A DNA stretch of 64,000 nucleotides from Gemmatimonadota bacterium (GCA_029863245.1 JAOTVV010000006.1:35362-99361); one strand, 5' to 3'; shown: positions 9,070 through 19,204, counted from the first letter of the stretch. The notes: generated by a model from the sequence alone, not told the origin. Numbers and translations are program-made.

Positions 9070-10520
9070 GTGCGAACCAAGTTACGACCGGCACGCTTGG
9101 CGCGATACAGCGCGGCGTCCGCCCGATTGAGGGCGTTTTCCGGGCTGTCGATCTCTCCGGCCGGGATCGTGGTCACACCAATGGACGCGGTGATGGAGAG
9201 TCGAGTCCCGTCGGGGGAGAAGTCGTGTCGCTCGATCCGTTCCCGGAATCGCTCCGCGGAAGTGATCGCGCCCTCGAGCGGTGTTTCGGGGAGCAAGAGC
9301 ACGAACTCCTCGCCCCCGTAACGGGCCACCGTATCGACGCCGCGCACATGCGCCCGGAGCAGTTCGCCGACTTGTCGCAGGACTTCGTCGCCCACGAGGT
9401 GGCCACGCGCGTCATTGATCCGCTTGAAGAAATCCAGATCGACCATGACGATGCTCAAAGGCGAGCTGTAGCGACGCACGCGCTCGAGCTCGCGCTCGAG
9501 CACCTCCAGCAGGGCCCGCCGGTTGGCGCACCCGGTCAAGGAATCCGTCGTCGCGAGCCATTCATACCGCTCCTTGGCGGACTGGACGGTCTCGATTCGG
9601 TAGGCCTTCTCGATGACCCCGACGGCCGTGCGAATCACTCGCTCGGCGAACTCCATCACTTCTGGATCCAGCGGCGGCTCTTCCTGCAACGTCCGCAAGA
9701 AAAACACCCCCGTCTGAATGCCGTGCATCCCAAACGGCACGACGATCGCCGACCTCGTTCGGACAGCGACGCGTTGCCGCTCCCAATCCCCGCGCACCTC
9801 GGCAAACAGCGGATCCGTCCACACGTCTCGCACGAAGACCGCCTGGTCCTGCCCCAGGGCCTGTCGGATCTCCGGATACCCCGTCAGCTCGAGCTCCTTA
9901 TTGCGAATCGACGGGTCATCCGCCGCGACCACGATCCGCCCCCTCGACGCCCCTGGGGCGACGAGCACGATGGAGCACCGGGAGATTCTGAGGGCGTGTC
10001 TCACCCTTCGCGCCAGCACCACATAGATGTCCTCAGGCGCGAACGCCTCGGTCACCTCGTGGAGGATGTCGAGCATCTCGGCCCGAACCGAGGCCTCGAT
10101 GGCCGCGCGCTTGGCCTCTGCCCGTGCCTCCCGGAGCATACGGCTCGCACGGAGTTGCGCCTCCACCCGCGCTGCCAGCTCATCCGCGCGAAAGGGCTTG
10201 GGGATGAAATCCGCAGCCCCCAGGGAGAGCGATGTCACCGCCGCTTCCTCCGGGGACAAGACGGAGATCATCAGAACCGGCAGATCGCGCCAGCGCGCAT
10301 CCGCCTTGATCCGCTTCAGGAGCGCGATGCCATCCACCTGCGGCATCAGGATGTCGAGCAGCAGCAGATCCGGCGTCTCGCGTTCCAGGGCCTCCAGTGC
10401 TTCCTCACCGCTCTGAGCCGGAACGACCTCGTAGCCCTGCCGCTCGAGCGTCAGCGAAAGCGCCGTGAGCTGCGTGCGGTCGTCATCGACGACGAGGATC
10501 TTGGCGGGCTGTACGCTCAT
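9066..10520 (-). CDS. Response-regulator receiver - GAF - GGDEF diguanylate cyclase
   Basis: REC domain: KILVVDDDRTQL...LLLLDILMPQVDG. The central region is GAF-like. The active site is RYGGEEF, preceded by the I-site RGVD at the canonical RxxD-x5 spacing. The stop overlaps the kinase start (ATGA at 9066-9069). Confidence 0.9.
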   Translation of the reverse strand: MSVQPAKILVVDDDRTQLTALSLTLERQGYEVVPAQSGEEALEALERETPDLLLLDILMPQVDGIALLKRIKADARWRDLPVLMISVLSPEEAAVTSLSLGAADFIPKPFRADELAARVEAQLRASRMLREARAEAKRAAIEASVRAEMLDILHEVTEAFAPEDIYVVLARRVRHALRISRCSIVLVAPGASRGRIVVAADDPSIRNKELELTGYPEIRQALGQDQAVFVRDVWTDPLFAEVRGDWERQRVAVRTRSAIVVPFGMHGIQTGVFFLRTLQEEPPLDPEVMEFAERVIRTAVGVIEKAYRIETVQSAKERYEWLATTDSLTGCANRRALLEVLERELERVRRYSSPLSIVMVDLDFFKRINDARGHLVGDEVLRQVGELLRAHVRGVDTVARYGGEEFVLLLPETPLEGAITSAERFRERIERHDFSPDGTRLSITASIGVTTIPAGEIDSPENALNRADAALYRAKRAGRNLVRT

Positions 10521-10532
10521 GACGGCCGCATA

Positions 10533-11501
10533 TCAGCTGAGTCCTTGCAGCGAGTTCACCATAGCAAGATCTACGTTGCCCCCGCTGACCACCAGCACGG
10601 TAGGGCCGTGCGGGACCAAGGCGCCGGTTCGGAGCGCGGCCGTGGTCACAGCGCCCGAGGGCTCGGCCGTCACACCCACCTCGCGGTGGAGCCAGACCGT
10701 GGCCTCGGCAATCGCCTCCTCCGGGACCCGCACCGCGTCGACCACGTCCCGCACATGGGCAAACGTTAGCGTTCCGACGGCCAACGGGAGGAGGCCGTCG
10801 GCCATGCTGGCCGTGCGCTCCAGCCGCACCGGATGACCCGCCGCCAAGGCGGCGTGCAGGGCCGCGGCGCCTTCGGGTTCCACCCCGGTCACGCGGGCCT
10901 CGGGACGGATCGCTCGCAGCGCCGTGGTGATCCCGGCGATCAACCCCCCGCCACCCACCGGGACGGCAACGTGCGCGATCTCGGGAAGCTCCTCGGCGAT
11001 CTCCAATCCGGTGGTTCCCTGGCCCGCAATGATGGCCGGATGATCGTACGGCGGGATGATCGTGAGCCCCTCGGCTTCGGCCATCGCGAGTGCCTTTCGA
11101 TAGCGATCCTCTGAGGTGCGCCCCGCAAACACCACTTCCCCGTCCCATCGCTTCACGCCCTCGATCTTCGTTGCTGGAGCGGTCTCCGGCATGACGACGA
11201 CCGCGCGGGCTCCCACCCGTTGCGCTGCGAAGGCGACCGCCTGGCCGTGATTCCCGCTCGAGTACGTGATGACACCGCGGCGGCGGGACTCCGGATCCAA
11301 TTGCCGAACAAAGGTCCAGGCGCCGCGGAGCTTGAAGGCTCCGGTCGGCTGCTGGTTCTCGAGCTTCAGATAGACAGGAACGCCGGCGGCTTCACTCAGT
11401 TGCGGGACGTGCTGGAGGGGCGTCCGCGCGGCAACTCCCACGATGCCGCGCGCCGCCTCCCGTATATCGTCTACCGTTACCTGGGCTGGCGTGGTGCCCA
11501 C
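10533..11501 (-). CDS. PLP-dependent threonine/serine dehydratase (threonine ammonia-lyase family)
   Basis: Motifs LKLENQQPTGAFKLRGA (PLP lysine) and YSSGNHGQAVAFAA. The GTG start at 11501 directly abuts the gyrA stop (11502-11504). Confidence 0.85.
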   Translation of the reverse strand: MGTTPAQVTVDDIREAARGIVGVAARTPLQHVPQLSEAAGVPVYLKLENQQPTGAFKLRGAWTFVRQLDPESRRRGVITYSSGNHGQAVAFAAQRVGARAVVVMPETAPATKIEGVKRWDGEVVFAGRTSEDRYRKALAMAEAEGLTIIPPYDHPAIIAGQGTTGLEIAEELPEIAHVAVPVGGGGLIAGITTALRAIRPEARVTGVEPEGAAALHAALAAGHPVRLERTASMADGLLPLAVGTLTFAHVRDVVDAVRVPEEAIAEATVWLHREVGVTAEPSGAVTTAALRTGALVPHGPTVLVVSGGNVDLAMVNSLQGLS

Positions 11502-14018
11502 TCACACATCCATTTCCCGCTGGTCTTGCCCTTCGGCGACGACCTCCGGAGCGGTTTCGTCAGCATCCACCTCCCCCGCCTCCCCCTCGTCCGGCACCAC
11601 CCGGGCCACGTCGACCACGGCGTCACCAAGATCGAGGTTCATGACCTTGACCCCCTGCGTATTCCGCCCGATGACGCGGATCCCGCTGACCGGCAGCCTG
11701 ATGATGACTCCGTGTCGAGTGACCACCATCAATTCGTCGGCCGGGAGCACCTCCTTCAGTGCAACCACGGCGCCCGTCTTGTCGGTGCGCTTGAGCGTAA
11801 TGATGCCCTTCCCGCCCCGCCTTTGCACCCGGTAATCGGTGAGCTCCGACCGCTTCCCCAGCCCACGCTCGGACACCACCAACAGCGTGGCGTCGCGTCG
11901 CACGACCACCATTCCGATCACGCGATCGTCGCCGCTCAGCTGAATCCCCCGCACGCCCGACGTGGCACGCCCCAACGGGCGTGCGTCCTTCTCGCCGAAC
12001 CGAATGCTCATACCGTCTCGTGTGGCGAGCACCACGTCGTTGGATCCGTCCGTGGTTTGGACCTCGATCAACTCGTCGTCGTCATCGATGTTGATGGCGT
12101 TGATGCCATTCGCGCGCGGGTTTCCGTAGGCTGACAAGACGGTCTTTTTGATCATCCCCTTGCGGGTCGCGCACAGCAGGTACTGGTCGTCGGTGAACCC
12201 GCGCACGGAAACAAATGCCGTGATGCGCTCGTCCGGCGTGATCTGAATGAGATTGATGATGGGCTTGCCCCGGGCCGCCCGCCCGCTCTGCGGGATGTCG
12301 TACACCTTGAGCCAGTACAGCTGCCCATTGTGCGTGAAGAAGAGCACGTAGTCGTGGGTCGAAGCGACAAAGAGGTGCTCGACCCAATCGTCCTCTTTGG
12401 TCCCCATCCCGTTGAGGCCGCGCCCTCCGCGCCGCTGGCGACGGTAGGTGGACACCGGAATGCGCTTGATGTAGCCGGAATGGGAGATGGTGACCACCAT
12501 GTCCTCTTCGGCAATCAAGTCTTCGATGGAGAACTCGCCCTCGTCGGCCACGATCTCCGTACGCCGCGGATCGCCGAACTTGGTCACCACGTCGTCGAGT
12601 TCCTCCTTGAGGATCTCCATCCGCGTGGCTTTGGATCCGAGGATGGCCTTCAAATCCTTGATCAGCTTCTGGACGTCCTTCAGCTCCGCGTCCAGCTTGT
12701 CGATCTCGAGTGAGGTGAGCCGCGCGAGGCGCATATTGAGAATCGCCTCACTCTGCTTTTCTGACAGTTCGAACCGCTCCCGCAATGCTGCGTCGGCTGC
12801 CGGGACGTCCTCGGCCTTCCGAATGATCTGTACGACTTCGTCGATGTTGTCGACGGCGATCTTGAGACCCTCGAGGATGTGCTCCCGACTCTGGGCCTCG
12901 AGCAGGTCGTGCTCGGCGCGTCGCGTGATCACCTCGTGGCGATGATCCACGAAGTGCCCCAACATCTCCTTCAGGTTCATCACCTTCGGCTGACCGTCCA
13001 CGAGCGCGAGCATGATGGCGCCGAACGTGGTCTGCATCTGCGTGTGCTTGTACAGGAGATTCAGCACGACCGTAGGATTGACGTCGCGCTTCAGCACCAC
13101 CACGACCCGCATGCCGTCACGATCGGACTCGTCCCGCAGGTCAGCAATGTCCGTGATCTTCTTCTGTCGAACGAGGCCCGCGATCTGCTCGACCAACCGG
13201 GACTTGTTCACCATGAAGGGGATCTCGGTCACGACGATCTGCGACTTCCCGGTGGACTCCTTCTCCTCAACCCGGGCACGGGCGCGCATGACGATTCGCC
13301 CGCGACCGGTGTCGTAGCAGTCCTTGATCCCCTCTCGGCCATAGATGAACCCGCCGGTCGGGAAATCGGGACCGCGGATGTGTTTACGCAGATCTCCGAT
13401 CGTGCACTCGGCATTGTCGATCAGATGCTTGATGGCTCCGACCACTTCGCCGAGGTTGTGCGGCGGAACGTTGGTCGCCATCCCGACGGCGATGCCCGAC
13501 GACCCGTTGACCAAGAGGTTGGGGAGCCGGGACGGGAGCACCGTGGGTTCCCGCAACCGGTCGTCGAAGTTCGGCGCGAACGACACCGTGCTCTTGTCGA
13601 TGTCTTCCAGCATCGCGACCGCGCGGGCCGTGAGGCGCGCTTCGGTGTAGCGGTACGCCGCGGCACTGTCGCCGTCGACCGAGCCGAAGTTCCCCTGCCC
13701 ATCGATCAGCGGATAGCGGAGCGAGAAGCCCTGCACCATGCGGACGAGCGCGTCGTATACCGCTGTGTCGCCATGCGGATGGTACTTGCCGAGCACGTCA
13801 CCCACGACCGTTGCGCTCTTCTTGAACGGACGGTTCGGCGCGAGGCCCAGCTCGTGCATGGCGTAGAGGATGCGCCGATGTACCGGCTTCAGTCCGTCGC
13901 GTACGTCGGGTAGCGCACGTTGGACGATGACGCTCATCGAATAGTCGATGAACGATTCCCGCATCTCGTCTTCGATGAGCCGCGGGAGAATGCGCTCGCG
14001 CTGGTTTGGTGCGGTCAT
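11502..14018 (-). CDS. gyrA: DNA gyrase subunit A
   Basis: Motifs [45 protein letters not shown] and the active-site tyrosine region [10 protein letters not shown]. Beta-pinwheel C-terminal domain and acidic tail. I prefer ATG 14018 ([10 protein letters not shown]...) over the track TTG at 14078, based on alignment length to E. coli GyrA. Confidence 0.95.
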   Translation of the reverse strand: MTAPNQRERILPRLIEDEMRESFIDYSMSVIVQRALPDVRDGLKPVHRRILYAMHELGLAPNRPFKKSATVVGDVLGKYHPHGDTAVYDALVRMVQGFSLRYPLIDGQGNFGSVDGDSAAAYRYTEARLTARAVAMLEDIDKSTVSFAPNFDDRLREPTVLPSRLPNLLVNGSSGIAVGMATNVPPHNLGEVVGAIKHLIDNAECTIGDLRKHIRGPDFPTGGFIYGREGIKDCYDTGRGRIVMRARARVEEKESTGKSQIVVTEIPFMVNKSRLVEQIAGLVRQKKITDIADLRDESDRDGMRVVVVLKRDVNPTVVLNLLYKHTQMQTTFGAIMLALVDGQPKVMNLKEMLGHFVDHRHEVITRRAEHDLLEAQSREHILEGLKIAVDNIDEVVQIIRKAEDVPAADAALRERFELSEKQSEAILNMRLARLTSLEIDKLDAELKDVQKLIKDLKAILGSKATRMEILKEELDDVVTKFGDPRRTEIVADEGEFSIEDLIAEEDMVVTISHSGYIKRIPVSTYRRQRRGGRGLNGMGTKEDDWVEHLFVASTHDYVLFFTHNGQLYWLKVYDIPQSGRAARGKPIINLIQITPDERITAFVSVRGFTDDQYLLCATRKGMIKKTVLSAYGNPRANGINAINIDDDDELIEVQTTDGSNDVVLATRDGMSIRFGEKDARPLGRATSGVRGIQLSGDDRVIGMVVVRRDATLLVVSERGLGKRSELTDYRVQRRGGKGIITLKRTDKTGAVVALKEVLPADELMVVTRHGVIIRLPVSGIRVIGRNTQGVKVMNLDLGDAVVDVARVVPDEGEAGEVDADETAPEVVAEGQDQREMDV

Positions 14019-14366
14019 TGGCGTGTCGGTTTGGCGACGAAAAATGGGGCCACGGGGACCCCAACGGAGGTCTGACAATAATAGTCGGTCACGGGGCCGA
14101 AATCAATGGTCAATCACACATCTAAATCAATGTACCGCAACCAATTACGCCAAACGACGCCAATGTCCTTTCGGGGGGGCCGAACACGGCGGTTTCGCGC
14201 CACCGTCGATCCCCTGCGAAGCCTTCACCTCCAGGTCCCCAGACGACGTGATCAACGTCGTGCAACCATTCGGTCGACGGCAGCATCTAATGTGGCAGAG
14301 GACATCGAATTGCAGCGGGTCCCGACCGTGATGACGCGGTCGACGATGCATGGGTCAGGAGTGAGC

Positions 14367-14597
14367 ATGGTACACCCCGCAGTCATCTCAACCTGGACGA
14401 TCACAGGAACACGGGCCGCGGCGCCACACCGCTCGGAGCGCTCAGCCGTGGTGACGAGCGTCCGCGCCGTCCGGACGGTGGGCGGCTACGCACTGTTCGA
14501 CGACTGGGGACGTTTCCTGGGGAGGATCGCGACGGTCGAGCACCCCACCTTTGGTCGGGGGGCGGACACCGTGTTGCTCAGACGTGAGGGTGGCTAG
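14367..14597 (+). CDS. Small hypothetical protein (76 aa), weakly supported
   Basis: This is the C-terminal part of track ORF 14106-14597. ATG 14367 lies 5 nt after AGGAG, and third codon positions are mostly G/C. I recognise no family. Confidence 0.3.
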   Translation: MVHPAVISTWTITGTRAAAPHRSERSAVVTSVRAVRTVGGYALFDDWGRFLGRIATVEHPTFGRGADTVLLRREGG

Positions 14598-14646
14598 CGC
14601 CTAGTTCACTCCCAGCCAGATGCACCCCAAAACGGACGTCGCACGG

Positions 14647-15708
14647 TCACACCGCGACCGTGATCTTCCCCATCTGCTCTCCCTGCTCCAGCCGCCGGAA
14701 TGCCTCCACCGCATCGTCCAGCGCGAACGTGGAGTCGATGACGGGACGGAGTCGGCCTTGGCCAAGCAGGTTCACTGCCTCGCGGAAATCCTCGGCACCC
14801 CCCATGGTGGATCCGAGGATGGTCCATTGGTACCAGAAGAGCCGCCGCACATCGACGTTCACCGCCGGACCCGTCGTCGCACCACAGGTGACCAACCGGC
14901 CTCCGCGGGCCAGCAGCTTGAGTGACCGGTCCCAGGTGGCTTCGCCAACGTTGTCGACGACGACGTCGACCCCTCGACGGTCCGTGAGCCGCCGGACGGA
15001 CTTGACGATGTCCAGCGCTCCATGGTTCAGGGTCTCGTCCGCGCCGAGCGCGCGAGCGGCCTCGAGCTTGGCATCACTCGACGAGGTCACGATGACACGT
15101 GCACCACACAACTTGGCTACTTGGAGCGCTGTCACCGACACCCCGCCACCGACCCCCCAAATGAGTACCGTTTCGCCGGCACGCAGGTGGGCGCGGGTCA
15201 CGAGCATCCGCCAAGCGGTGAGTGTGACGAGCGAGAACGCGGCCGCTTCGGCCCAGGAGATCGGTGGATGCGGCCCAGGCGGCGTGGGCACGGCCGCGAC
15301 ATTCTGCTCCGGCACCACGATGTACTCCGCCAAGGTGCCGGGAACGTGCTCGCCCAGGAGTCGATAGGTCTCACAGAGCGAGTGCTCGCCACGCAGGCAG
15401 TAGCGGCACCGGGAGCAGGAGATCCCCGGGTTGAGCATCACCCGATCGCCCGGCTGGACGTGCTCAACGTCGTTGCCCACCGATTCGACGACACCGGCAC
15501 CGTCACCGCCGAGGATGTGTGGCAAGGCAAGCGCGAGACCCGGAAGGCCGCGAATCGTCCAGAGATCCAGGTGGTTGAGGGCCGCGGCCTCGAGCCGGAT
15601 CCGCACCTCCCCGGGGCCCCGGATCACGGGTGCCGGGACCTCATCGACGGCCAGCTGCGACAGATCGCCGTGGCCGCGCAGCACGAGCGCCTTCATCCGC
15701 TTGGACAC
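14647..15708 (-). CDS. Zinc-type alcohol dehydrogenase / quinone oxidoreductase (MDR superfamily)
   Basis: GroES-like N-terminal domain with the structural-zinc Cys cluster ISCSRCRYCLRGEHSLC. Rossmann motif VLIWGVGGGVSVTALQVAKLCGARVIV. Confidence 0.85.
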   Translation of the reverse strand: MSKRMKALVLRGHGDLSQLAVDEVPAPVIRGPGEVRIRLEAAALNHLDLWTIRGLPGLALALPHILGGDGAGVVESVGNDVEHVQPGDRVMLNPGISCSRCRYCLRGEHSLCETYRLLGEHVPGTLAEYIVVPEQNVAAVPTPPGPHPPISWAEAAAFSLVTLTAWRMLVTRAHLRAGETVLIWGVGGGVSVTALQVAKLCGARVIVTSSSDAKLEAARALGADETLNHGALDIVKSVRRLTDRRGVDVVVDNVGEATWDRSLKLLARGGRLVTCGATTGPAVNVDVRRLFWYQWTILGSTMGGAEDFREAVNLLGQGRLRPVIDSTFALDDAVEAFRRLEQGEQMGKITVAV

Positions 15709-15732
15709 GGGGTCGGCCGGAGCGTGGCCGGG

Positions 15733-17958
15733 CTAGGGCCGCAGTGTCGGTCGGAAGCTCGGTCGGACGAGCTGCTCGAAGTCGTTCTTCCGAGGGACTT
15801 CAGTCGGCTGACCGCCACCGATGGGGATCAGGAACAACCGGCGCGATGTTCCACCGGAGGGTCCGGGGGCCTCGATCGCCGCGGCAAGCAGGGTCCCATC
15901 CCCCGACAAGGCGAAATCGCTGATGACCACCGTGGGCTCGGTGAGTACTCGTGCTTCGCCCCCCAAACGCTGCCGCACGACGACCCACGTTGCCGTTCTC
16001 CCCGACCGCTCCTCGCGAAGCAGCACGATCGTATCGTCGTCGAGCCATGCGGGCACGCGCTCATGGGTCGACGGACCCGACTGGGAGACGTTCCGTTGAT
16101 TGGAGCCGTCGAGATTCATGATGTAGATCTCGTAGTTGCCGTCCCTAATCGACGAGAAGGCGATCCGAGTACCGTCTGGCGAGACCGCCGGCTCCATGTT
16201 CGCCTGACCATCGGTGAGTGACCGCTGGCCTGATCCGTCGGCCTGCATGATCCACAGCTGGGCGGTTCCGGAAGCGTCCGACTGGTAGACGATGCGGTTA
16301 CCGTCTGGCGTCCAGGCGGGCTCCGTCTCGTTCGCCACCGTGCCCGTGATCCGTCGCCGATTGGTCCCGTCGGCATCCACCACGTAGATCTCGAAATTCC
16401 CATCCCGATTGGTGGCATACGCGACGAGCGACCCGTCAGGCGAGTACGCCGGCCCGAGCTCGTCACCCGCATCCTCCGTGATGCGCACGAATCGACCTGG
16501 ATCCGCCCGCTCGAATGCGTAGAGGTCGGCACTGCCCTCCCGCGTGGACGTGACTATGATCTCCCCTTGCACGATAACGGTTGCGGTATCGGCCACTCCC
16601 CACGGAGTCGCTGCCGTGACGGTCGCTCGACCGAACGTGACCGGTGTCAGGTGGCCGTCGGGATCCACCATCACAACGCCCGGATCGGAGCTCGACCACG
16701 TGAGCTGCGACGCCGGCGCGAGCGGGTTACCAAGCCTGTCGGCGAAGGAGGCGCGAAGGGTGGCGCGATCCTTCAAGCCGAGGCCCAGGCGAGTGCGATC
16801 GAGAACGAGACCGGTGGAAACCACTTTGATCGTCCACGTCGCGTCCGGGAACCCCCGCACGAGGAGTCGCTGCGTGGTGGTACCGATCTTCCGGCCCGTG
16901 GCAGTCCCAGTCGGGGTGAGGCCGGCGATGGTCGTATCTTGGATGACCCACACTCGGGCCACGTCCGGTAGAGCCGAACTGTCAGCCGCGTACGCCGTGG
17001 CCTCGAAGGTGACCGAACCGCCAAGCGGCACCACCACCTCGCCCTGGCGTGGCTTGATGTCGACGAACGCCACCGGCTTGTGCACCGAGACCGCGAGCCG
17101 CGACTCCTGTCCGAAGCCGGACACCACGATCTCCGACAGCCCTGCCGACATGGCGGTGATGACCCCGACGGGTGAAACCGTCACGACGTCCGGGTTGGTG
17201 GAGCGCCACGTGTCGAGCTGCCGTGGGTCGACTGGCCGATTGCCCTGACTCGCTACCACCACCAGAATCGTATCCGACTCGAGCGGGGACAGGGACATCC
17301 TCGGCAAGAGGAACCCCCACGGTGCGAGCGCAACCTGGACCTGCACGCGGGCACTCAGCCCTCCGGGCGTGGTGGCCTCGATCGCCCCAACACCCGCGGC
17401 GATCCCGACCACCTTTCCAGTCCGATCGATGTCGGCGATCTCGGCGCGGAACGACCGCCAGGTCACCGGCTGTGGGGCGGCCGACGATCCGTCGTCCTTG
17501 AGGAACACGGCACGCAGCGGTAGACCCTCGAGCGGAAACAGGTACACCTGGGCAGGCTCGATCCGAAGGATCGTTGCGGCTCCCGACCCTGGCGCTGCAC
17601 GGGCCACCCCGCCCTGGACCTGAACTCCGACCGTCCTCCACTGATTGCCCGCCTGTATGGTCACCTGCGCAAAGCCGGGTGCCAGCCCAACGACATTGAC
17701 GACGCCCGGAGGAGCCGAGCGATCGATCTCCACCCGCGCAATGGCGGAATCCGTCACGGCCCAGCGGAACGTGATCCGACTGACCACGTCCCCACGACTA
17801 TTGTATGCGACCGCCAACACCTCTTGCCGCTCGCCCACGGCCAGCGACACCGAGGCAGGGATCACCTGAAGATCCGCCACCTGCGCAGCCAAACCAGCGG
17901 GCGCGCCCATCCAGAAAACGGCCGCCAAGAGCCCCAGTGTGGATCCGGTTCGAGCCAT
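15733..17958 (-). CDS. Secreted protein with Big_2-like Ig repeats and a TolB-like (PD40) beta-propeller
   Basis: Track ORF 15733-17991. ATG 17958 follows GGAG and gives the signal peptide MARTGSTLGLLAAVFWMGAPAGLAAQ. Ig-like segments repeat. C-terminal PD40 repeats include DGNFEIYVVDADGTNRRRIT, PAWTPDGNRIVYQSD, QLWIMQADGSGQRSLT and PAVSPDGTRIAFSS. Confidence 0.8.
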   Translation of the reverse strand: MARTGSTLGLLAAVFWMGAPAGLAAQVADLQVIPASVSLAVGERQEVLAVAYNSRGDVVSRITFRWAVTDSAIARVEIDRSAPPGVVNVVGLAPGFAQVTIQAGNQWRTVGVQVQGGVARAAPGSGAATILRIEPAQVYLFPLEGLPLRAVFLKDDGSSAAPQPVTWRSFRAEIADIDRTGKVVGIAAGVGAIEATTPGGLSARVQVQVALAPWGFLLPRMSLSPLESDTILVVVASQGNRPVDPRQLDTWRSTNPDVVTVSPVGVITAMSAGLSEIVVSGFGQESRLAVSVHKPVAFVDIKPRQGEVVVPLGGSVTFEATAYAADSSALPDVARVWVIQDTTIAGLTPTGTATGRKIGTTTQRLLVRGFPDATWTIKVVSTGLVLDRTRLGLGLKDRATLRASFADRLGNPLAPASQLTWSSSDPGVVMVDPDGHLTPVTFGRATVTAATPWGVADTATVIVQGEIIVTSTREGSADLYAFERADPGRFVRITEDAGDELGPAYSPDGSLVAYATNRDGNFEIYVVDADGTNRRRITGTVANETEPAWTPDGNRIVYQSDASGTAQLWIMQADGSGQRSLTDGQANMEPAVSPDGTRIAFSSIRDGNYEIYIMNLDGSNQRNVSQSGPSTHERVPAWLDDDTIVLLREERSGRTATWVVVRQRLGGEARVLTEPTVVISDFALSGDGTLLAAAIEAPGPSGGTSRRLFLIPIGGGQPTEVPRKNDFEQLVRPSFRPTLRP

Positions 17959-18166
17959 GGACTCCGTCACCCCGCGAGAGCCGTAAGTCAATATCGATAC
18001 TGAAGATATGTAGCGAAGCTAAGAGCCGTTACACACGGGTGTCAAGCGCAGAGCGCACTCGGGGCCGCTCGGATCGATCTCGAGGTGTCGCGGCTCCCCT
18101 TGCGCTCGACCCGACGTGTGCGGAAACTACGAGTGCCTCGGCATACCCTTTTGAAGGAGGCTCTAT

Positions 18167-18544
18167 ATGCCCTGGTCCTTCGACACCGGTGGCGGCCCGG
18201 GGATGTGGGATCCCATGCCACTAACTCCCCCCGTGAAACCTCCGGCGCCGCCAGAACCCACGGAGTATCTCTGGTCGAAACCAGAGCTCGAGAAGCCAGC
18301 CTCGCCGGCACCGAAGCCACAAGCTGCCCCCCCTGCGAAACCACCGACGCCCAAGCCCGAGGCGCGCAAGGTCGCGAAGCGGAAACCGGCTCGGAAGACG
18401 GCCAAGAAGCGGCCAGCGCGGAAAGCGGCCAAGAAGCGGCCGGCCAAGAAAGCGGCCACGAAGCGCCCCGTGAAGAAGGCCGCCAAGAAGCGACCGGTGA
18501 AGAAGGCCGCCAAACGCTCGTCCGCGAGTAAGCGGCGCCGGTAG
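18167..18544 (+). CDS. Histone-H1-like basic protein: Pro-rich N-terminus and Lys/Ala/Pro/Arg-repeat C-terminus
   Basis: Strong RBS GAAGGAGG 7 nt upstream of ATG 18167. The C-terminal half is KVAKRKPARKTAKKRPARKAAKKRPAKKAATKRPVKKAAKKRPVKKAAKRSSASKRRR. Confidence 0.65.
   Translation: MPWSFDTGGGPGMWDPMPLTPPVKPPAPPEPTEYLWSKPELEKPASPAPKPQAAPPAKPPTPKPEARKVAKRKPARKTAKKRPARKAAKKRPAKKAATKRPVKKAAKKRPVKKAAKRSSASKRRR
18362..18513 (+). repeat. Degenerate ~27-nt tandem coding repeats (AAKKRPxKK units)
   Basis: Repeated units gccaagaagcggcc.../gaagaaggccgccaagaagcgaccggt are visible by eye inside the 18167-18544 CDS. Confidence 0.6.
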
Positions 18545-18712
18545 GTTGCCCCGCTCTTGCACGCCTCTGCGTGCACAGATCGGTCCAAGAGGGAGAGCCG
18601 GGGCGTGTCCGGGGTGGTGGGGATGCCACACAACCGACGAGGAACGTGCGGTGAGAACGGCGCGTCGACAGTGTCACCGGGGTCGACGCGCGTTCGCACC
18701 CCGGAGGATAGC

Positions 18713-19204
18713 GTGAGCCATCGCAGCCTCGGCGCGGCGGTTCATCGCTGGTGGCTCGCGCCTATCCTGATCGGGCTCGCGCTGGCCGCGGTAGCGGGGT
18801 GCCAGCCCCGACCCGCCGAGACGGGTGGTTTGCTGGCCGAGGTCCGCGCGCTGCTCACCCGCTCGGCTGCCGCATGGAATGCCGGCGATCTGGATGGGTT
18901 CGTCTCGGACTACTCCGTCGATTCGCTTACGGCCTTTGTATCGGGCGGCCGTCCGCAGTACGGGTACGACTGGATCAGGAACCATTACGCTCCGACCTTC
19001 GCCGTCGGAGCGCAGCGGGACTCACTCAGGTTCGAGACTATCACGGCGAGATCGCTCGGTACCGCTCATGCCCTGGCCACCGCGCGGTTCGTGCTCTTCC
19101 GCCGGGATTCGGTCACCGCAAGCGGTCCCTTCACTCTCGTGCTCACCCGCACGGACGGACGCTGGCTCATCATCCATGACCATACGTCATCTGATCCGCA
19201 GTAG
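18713..19204 (+). CDS. Lipoprotein with SnoaL/DUF4440-like (NTF2-fold) domain
   Basis: Track ORF 18557-19204. GTG 18713 gives VSHRSLGAAVHRWWLAPILIGLALAAVAGC (lipobox). The body AAWNAGDLDGFVSDY...TLVLTRTDGRWLIIHDHTS resembles DUF4440/SnoaL-like proteins. Confidence 0.65.
   Translation: MSHRSLGAAVHRWWLAPILIGLALAAVAGCQPRPAETGGLLAEVRALLTRSAAAWNAGDLDGFVSDYSVDSLTAFVSGGRPQYGYDWIRNHYAPTFAVGAQRDSLRFETITARSLGTAHALATARFVLFRRDSVTASGPFTLVLTRTDGRWLIIHDHTSSDPQ

Noticed and set aside
8910-10769. 619-aa plus-strand ORF
   Set aside because: It is antisense to the Ser/Thr kinase and the REC-GAF-GGDEF gene, both of which carry complete catalytic motifs. It has no motif of its own.
17988-18003. Imperfect palindrome TCAATATCGATACTGA upstream of the Big_2/TolB-like gene
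   Set aside because: It has one mismatch, is centred on a common ATCGAT core, and has no partner regulator or second copy in the window. That is too weak to call an operator.
18559-18574. Hairpin GCACGC-CTCT-GCGTGC after the histone-like gene
   Set aside because: It has only a 6-bp stem and no U tract. That is not enough to call a terminator.
18042-18699. Three minus-strand ORFs (136-211 aa) over the histone-like gene
   Set aside because: They arise from the reverse complement of the K/A/P repeat. The plus-strand ORF has the strong RBS and a coherent repeat structure.
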